Of a DNA stretch of 64,000 nt, positions 56,001-64,000 are shown in pieces. The notes beneath the pieces were generated by a model. The model saw only the letters and a program-made list of their open reading frames with translations, was not told the origin of the DNA and did no database searches. Numbering within the stretch: position 1 is the first letter of the stretch; the number at the start of each line of letters is the position of its first letter. Made by a program: the position numbers and the translations under genes. The DNA comes from Gracilinanus agilis (lineage: Eukaryota): contig NC_058132.1 of the NCBI RefSeq assembly GCF_016433145.1, positions 75,086,952 through 75,150,951 of the forward strand, written 5' to 3'.

Positions 56001-57664
56001 CCCTTTGCCTTTTCTCTCCCAAACCTCCTTATAGGCCATCCTCCCTTTCCTTTGCCTCCCCACCAGAGAAGCTCCCAAATGAGGTTCCTGTGAAAGACTG
56101 TATGAGTGGGCTATTAAAATCAAATTACAATTGTACACAGAGACTGATACACTGTGGCACAATCGAACATAACGGACTTCTCTACTAGCAACAATGCAAT
56201 GATCCAGAACAATGCTGAGGGACTTATGAGAAAGAATGCTATCCACATTCAGAGGAAGAACTGTGATGAGCAGAAACACAGAAGAAAAACAACTGCTTGA
56301 ATACATGGGTTGATGGGAATATGATTGGGGATGAAGACACTAAACAATAACTTTAGTCCAACTATCAATAATATGGAATTAGGTCTTAATCAATGATACA
56401 TGTAAAACCCAGTGGAATTTTGTGTCGGCTAAGGGGAGTTTAGAGAGGGAAAGAACATGAAACATGTAACTATGGGAAAATATTCAAAATTAAAATAAAA
56501 AAAATTAAACTACAAAATTCTAGGCTTGGAGTCAAGAGGACCTGTGTTCAAATCCAACTTCAGACACTTCCTAGTTGTGTGACCCTGGGCAAGTAATTTA
56601 ATCCTGATTACCTCAACCTTGCCACTCTTCCATCTCTAGAAGAGATACTAAAGGAGAAGGTAAGGGTTTAAGAAAAAAAAAAGATTAAATTATGTTCTGT
56701 AACACGTCTCATACAAATGATTTGAGGACACAATTCTTTAAAATCTTAGTAAACTTTTAAGCATCAATTATTATTAAGCTATATATGTTTTGTATATTAA
56801 TGGTTATTAAATTACTTTTTTCTCCCTGGTACCCAAACCCCATTTCCATGTCTTCTTTCAAGGCAGTCACTTATGTATCGAATGTAATTTATCCAATGTT
56901 GAGTCTACTTAAGCAGATACATTTTCTCTAACATGGCTCTTAAATATGACAACCTGTAAAAGGGCCCCCTATCTGCAGGATAGGAGGTGGCCTCCTCACC
57001 ACCACATTAGCCCTCTCAACTCCTTGAGTCAGAAGAAGGTTAAAACCCAGACTTCTAAGTAAAATTCAACCCAACTCATTCATTATCTATGCCCAAGGAC
57101 TAGGAATTCTCATTAGGTGATACCAGCAATGGGCTGGAGGTCAGTGATATGGTGTTAACTGTTGTTGAGCATATTGGAAGGGGTAGTGTAGCCCAACTAG
57201 TAATGGGGAAGGTTTGTATAGTAGCCCAAGCCTAAAAATCAGGGCTCCCGAGTTCTAGTCCTGGCCCACAGACCTCCAAAGTGTAAAATAGGAATAGAAT
57301 ATTAATGTTAGCTAACAGTTAGATTGCTCCTTAAAGTTTACAATTGCCTTACACATGATCTCATTCAAGTCTCACAACCTGGTGAAATAAGTTTGATTAT
57401 TGTTCCCCTTTTACAGTTAAGAAAACCAAGAGGGGGCAGCTGGGTAGCTCAGTGGATTGAGAGCCAGGCCTAGAGACTGGAGGTCCTAGGTTCAAATCTG
57501 ACCTCAGACACTTCCCAGCTGTGTGACCCTGGGCAAGTCACTTGACCCCCATGGCCTACCCTTATCTCTCTTCTGCCTTTGGAGCCAATACACAGTATTG
57601 ACTCCAAGACGTAAGGTAAGGGAGAAAAGGGAGGAAAGAAAGAAAGAAAGAGAGAAAGAGAGAA

Positions 57665-57714
<50 letters not shown>

Positions 57715-58786
57715 AAGGANNNNNNNNNNNNNNNNNNNNNNNNNNNNNNNNNNNNNNNNNNNNNNNNNNNNNNNNNNNNNNNNNNNNNNNNNNNNNNNNN
57801 NNNNNNNNNNNNNNNNNNNNNNNNNNNNNNNNNNNNNNNNNNNNNNNNNNNNNNNNNNNNNNNNNNNNNNNNNNNNNNNNNNNNNNNNNNNNNNNNNNNN
57901 NNNNNNNNNNNNNNNNNNNNNNNNNNNNNNNNNNNNNNNNNNNNNNNNNNNNNNNNNNNNNNNNNNNNNNNNNNNNNNNNNNAGGAAGGAAGGAAGGAAG
58001 GAAGGAAGGAAGGAAGGAAGGAAGGAAGGAAGGAAGGAAGGAAGGAAGGAAGGAAGGAAGGAAGGAAGAAAACCAAGAGACTGGGAGAGGTTAGGTGACT
58101 TGCCCAGAGTCAGAGAGTAAATAATGTTCTGGGGCTGGATTCGAACTCGGATCTTTCTAATTCCTAGGCTAGTGATCTATCCATAGGAACACCGAATAGT
58201 CAATATCAACCATATTAAAATATGAAGTTCCTTCAGGCACCCAGGTCCTTCCTCTCTCAGGTGTCCCACGTCTCCAATCTCCCCCTCCAGCCCTGCCCTC
58301 AGCTCCCCAGCCCCAACCCTCTACCTCCACTCTCTCTCACTCCTTCTATCCTCTCCCCTTTCCTCCAATGCCTCCCACCTACCCCATAGACTCCAGTAGC
58401 TCCGCCCGACCCCACCCCAGACCTCCACTCTCTCTCACTTCTTCTAGTGCCGCCTCCCTCCAAAAACCCTGCTCCCTCCACTTCCCCTTACCTCCAGTCC
58501 CCCATCCCCACCCCACCCCTCGATCGCTTCTCTCTCCTTCCCGGTCCTCCCCTCCCCGCCAGCCGCACAAGCTCACCGGGTCCTTGGCCACAGTGAAGAG
58601 CAGGTCTCCCTCGCGGTTGTACTTGATCTGCGTGATGGATCGCTCGTGGCCCTGGAGCAGGATCGGCTTCTAGGGACGGCACCGGGAGGGGAGTCATTGT
58701 CAGAGCATGGGCTGGGGTGGGAGCCCCGCTTCGACACCTCGGTCCCCACCCCAACCTGTTTCGCCCTCCCATCCCGGACTCACCAT
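52608..58786 (-). CDS. EIF3I: Eukaryotic translation initiation factor 3 subunit I, 11 coding exons, 326 aa
   Basis: complement(join(52608..52689,52802..52894,52993..53066,53460..53549,53647..53757,53957..54087,54200..54349,55492..55557,55794..55881,58577..58669,58784..58786)) = 981 nt. M|[31 protein letters not shown] ... [13 protein letters not shown]. Confidence 0.97.
53460..54349 (-). CDS. EIF3I: EIF3I exons 5-8 (54200-54349, 53957-54087, 53647-53757, 53460-53549)
   Basis: [22 protein letters not shown]...PSQI / [23 protein letters not shown]...QYSAK / [14 protein letters not shown]...DNTAK / [30 protein letters not shown]. Confidence 0.96.
55492..55881 (-). CDS. EIF3I: EIF3I exons 3-4 (55794-55881, 55492-55557)
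   Basis: [29 protein letters not shown](W) / [21 protein letters not shown](G). Confidence 0.96.
55558..55793 (-). other. U12-type (minor spliceosome) GT-AG intron in EIF3I
   Basis: 5' splice site GTATCCTT (55793-55786). Branch site TTCCTTAAC (55577-55569) lies about 10 nt before the AG. Confidence 0.9.
56120..56510 (+). mobile_element. L1 3'UTR fragment in EIF3I intron 2
   Basis: Matches the L1 3' ends at about 8240-8640 and 33020-33400. Confidence 0.8.
57433..58066 (+). mobile_element. Young SINE1_Mdo-like copy with expanded (GA)n/(GGAA)n tail spanning a gap
   Basis: SINE at 57433-57620, then (GAAA)/(GA)n, an N gap at 57720-57982, and (AGGA)n to 58066. Confidence 0.85.
58577..58786 (-). 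CDS. EIF3I: EIF3I exons 1-2 (ATG only at 58784-58786; 58577-58669)
   Basis: gagATG|GTGAGT, then tag|AAG CCG ATC... [31 protein letters not shown]. Confidence 0.94.
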
Positions 58787-58927
58787 CTCGGCGGCGGTGG
58801 CTACGACTCAGGCACTATCAGACAGCGAGACAGCGTGAAGCACCGACCGGAAAAGGACTGTGCTATGCTTCCGGTCCCAACTATGGGCCGGCACAGGAAG
58901 TGAAAGCTTTCCTTTTCCGGCGTTGTC
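58787..58927. promoter_or_regulatory. Bidirectional EIF3I/TMEM234 CpG promoter
   Basis: Only 141 nt separate the two divergent ATGs. Four ETS/GABP-like cores: ccggaa (about 58847), ttccgg (about 58869), caggaagtg (about 58894) and ttccgg (about 58915). Confidence 0.85.
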
Positions 58928-61811
<2,884 letters not shown>

Positions 61812-62657
61812 ACAGCAGGACCCTGTGGCCAGCCCCGCCCAGAGACGCCGGAGCCTTGGAGCAGGGAGCCCTAGGCTGGGGGATCTTGAGCCACCTATGC
61901 TTGAGCTTTCCTGGAGAAAGCTGTCTTTGCCATCTTCCTGGCAGTGGCCTTTGCTTTGATTATTGACTGAGGAAGATGGACTCAGGGACTTTACCACTTT
62001 GAGCCTGAAGTTTCATGCCCCAGAAGCTCCTCCCCTTTCTACTTCAGTGTGTGACCTAATATCTCTCACAACCTTGGCCTGCAGCCAATACTGTGGTTTA
62101 TGCAGAGCACCCTGGGGTGTCAGGTGCAGGGTACTCCTCAAGCTCAAACTTAGGGGCTTTCTTGGGATGCTGATGAGTCAGAGCCCACAGGTGCTGCAGT
62201 CAGTTAGACCCCTTCCTCCCTATATCCACTGGCAGCCCTGGAGGGGGGGGGGGCCCTCATGCCTTAAACTGAAGAGGCTATCTCCATCACAAGCTTTTGT
62301 TCCTCTAGCTTTTCCTGGCCCAGACTTTAAAGAGGGTTGCTGTCCAGAGAGATGGGTAAACAAATTTCAGACAACTCAGAAGCAGAGGAAACTATTCTAT
62401 TAAGCCAGATCCTCTCCCAAAGTGTGGGGGCTCCCATGTCCTCCCCATGCCCCCTTGTGTCAGGCCTAACAAGGTAGAGGAATGGTAGCCCATCTCTTCC
62501 CCTGGAAGTCAAAGCTTTCCCTTCCCTAGGCAGGCTCACTGCAGGTTTGTGGACTAGGCAGACTAAAAAGGTCTTTGGATCTCTCCAATGACTTCCCAGC
62601 AAGAGACTGGTGAGGGGGGTGGGGGGGAGGGCACTGCAGAAGAGGGTGGGTTGGTTC

Positions 62658-62663
62658 AATAAA
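62658..62663 (+). terminator. Candidate TMEM234 poly(A) signal
   Basis: AATAAA about 850 nt after the stop. Another AATAAA overlaps the stop codon itself (61807-61812). Confidence 0.5.
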
Positions 62664-62790
62664 AGGCTGTGCCATGGCTGCAGATGGAATGCTGGCTGGG
62701 AGCCAGAGTTAAGGGAGGGAGGGAGGCAAGTGGGGATGGGTCTCTTGGTTTTCTGGAGCAGCATCCAAGTTTAGTTCCACACCACCTACC

Positions 62791-64000
62791 CTAGGCAGCA
62801 TTTTCCAAGAAACAGGCTTCTTCTACCATTTCTGCTGCCCTCTGGAGGAAAAAGGAGATCAGTCAGCAAAAGGGAACCAAATTGGGTCCTAGAGCAGAGA
62901 CCCTTAACCTGTCAGTACTGCAAAGGGCCCTTGGAGACTATCTGGTTCAACTGATGAAGGGACTGACTGATTTACTGTACAAAGATGATATTTGCTAAAG
63001 GTAGCAGAGCTCAGTAGACAGCCTGAGTGCTCCCCTGGTTCAGGATAGACCCCCTAGTGGTGAAATCATGGGAAGATCTACCCAGTCCACCAGAGGGATA
63101 GGCGTGGATGGGGAGTGGTCCGCATCACTGATAAGTGAATCTAGATCCATTTGAATGTGATGGCAGATACGGGATTAGAACCCAGACCTTTGGATAGCTA
63201 GTTTTAGGCTGGCTTCCTCTTGGCCTGGTTGTTAGACATTCCTCTCCAGCTGAATCCACAGCTGTTTTTTTCCTAAGGACATAAGCCTCCTACCTGATCC
63301 AAGGGAACCTCTGTTAGAGTAGTTCCATCCTCCTGTACTTCCTGGGCACCTGCCAGTTCCCTCCTGGTGTAGGATGCACCATACACACCCCTTTCTCCTA
63401 AGAGGAATGATGGGGGTACATGTTGACTCTGTATTTGGGACTACATGAGCTAGAAGAATGCCTCTGGCCTGGATTTCTTCTCTTATCTCCTATCCACTGG
63501 GTTCTCCTTTTCACCTCTGTCCCACAGTCAAGGATTCTTTCCTCCTTTCTCTCCAAATTAGTCTTTCTTAAACTTCCTTCCTTACACTGACTCCCTACCT
63601 TAGTTGTTTTTGGCCACCAAATAGACCCATGGGATTGAGGAACACAATACATTGCTAAGTCACTGGTTAAATTCAAAACCAAAGTTTTCCTCACAGATAT
63701 ATGCTTGTGAGGTGGAATCTGAAAGCATCTGCTGCCCCTCTAGCAGGTGTGACACTTCACTTTTACATCTGTTTACAAAGCACTTTTCTCACTAATCCTC
63801 AAGGAGGGGATTGCAGACTGGCTTCAGAGGAGGGGAAAGAGAGCCTCAGAAAGGTTTGGGAGGTTCCCCCATTATAACACAGCTTCGAATCAGTCACCCT
63901 TTCCCAGTCCATCTGTAAGATACAAGGGCAAGGGAGGCCTTGGAGGTTGGACAATGCTGGGATTGTGACCCAGGTACAAACTGCTCCTTTCAAGATCAGC
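62791..64000 (-). CDS. DCDC2B: Doublecortin domain-containing protein 2B, 3' coding exons (partial)
   Basis: Exon 63294..63397 reads (G)ERGVYGASYTRRELAGAQEVQEDGTTLTEVPLDQ. Exon 62791..62841 reads RAAEMVEEACFLENAA*. Both resemble the human DCDC2B C-terminus (GVYGAPHRRKETAGALEV...EEPLDQ|RAAQIVEEA) as I recall it. A less certain upstream exon spans 63898..>64000 (ADLERSSLYLGHNPSIVQPPRPPLPLYLTDGLGK). The position is syntenic. Confidence 0.78.

Noticed and set aside
63398-63694. 98-aa minus-strand ORF as a DCDC2B exon
   Set aside because: It has no resemblance to DCDC2B. It lies in the intron between the exons at 63898 and 63397.

Overview
This is marsupial genomic DNA, most likely a didelphid such as the opossum Monodelphis, judged from the SINE1_Mdo-like, Mar1-like and L1 repeat content. 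It appears syntenic with human chr1p35, in reverse orientation. From left to right the window holds: HDAC1 exon 1 and promoter (-); a complete LCK gene (-; 12 coding exons, 509 aa, plus a distal non-coding first exon); FAM167B (-; 178 aa); an apparently intact 10-exon MTMR9-like pseudophosphatase gene (+; 529 aa) where humans carry the pseudogene MTMR9LP; EIF3I (-; 326 aa, with a U12-type intron); TMEM234 (+; 134 aa) head-to-head with EIF3I; and the 3' exons of DCDC2B (-). Introns are full of L1, L2, L3/CR1, MIR/Mar1 and SINE1-type repeats, hAT MITEs and simple repeats. There are four N gaps. I derived exon boundaries by hand from the sequence. Comparisons to human proteins and repeat family names come from memory, not from searches. 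The strongest leads are the intact MTMR9-like gene with a truncated coiled coil, a twin 50-nt element in two TMEM234 introns, a 93-bp templated insertion, and an L2 tail that may serve two overlapping genes.
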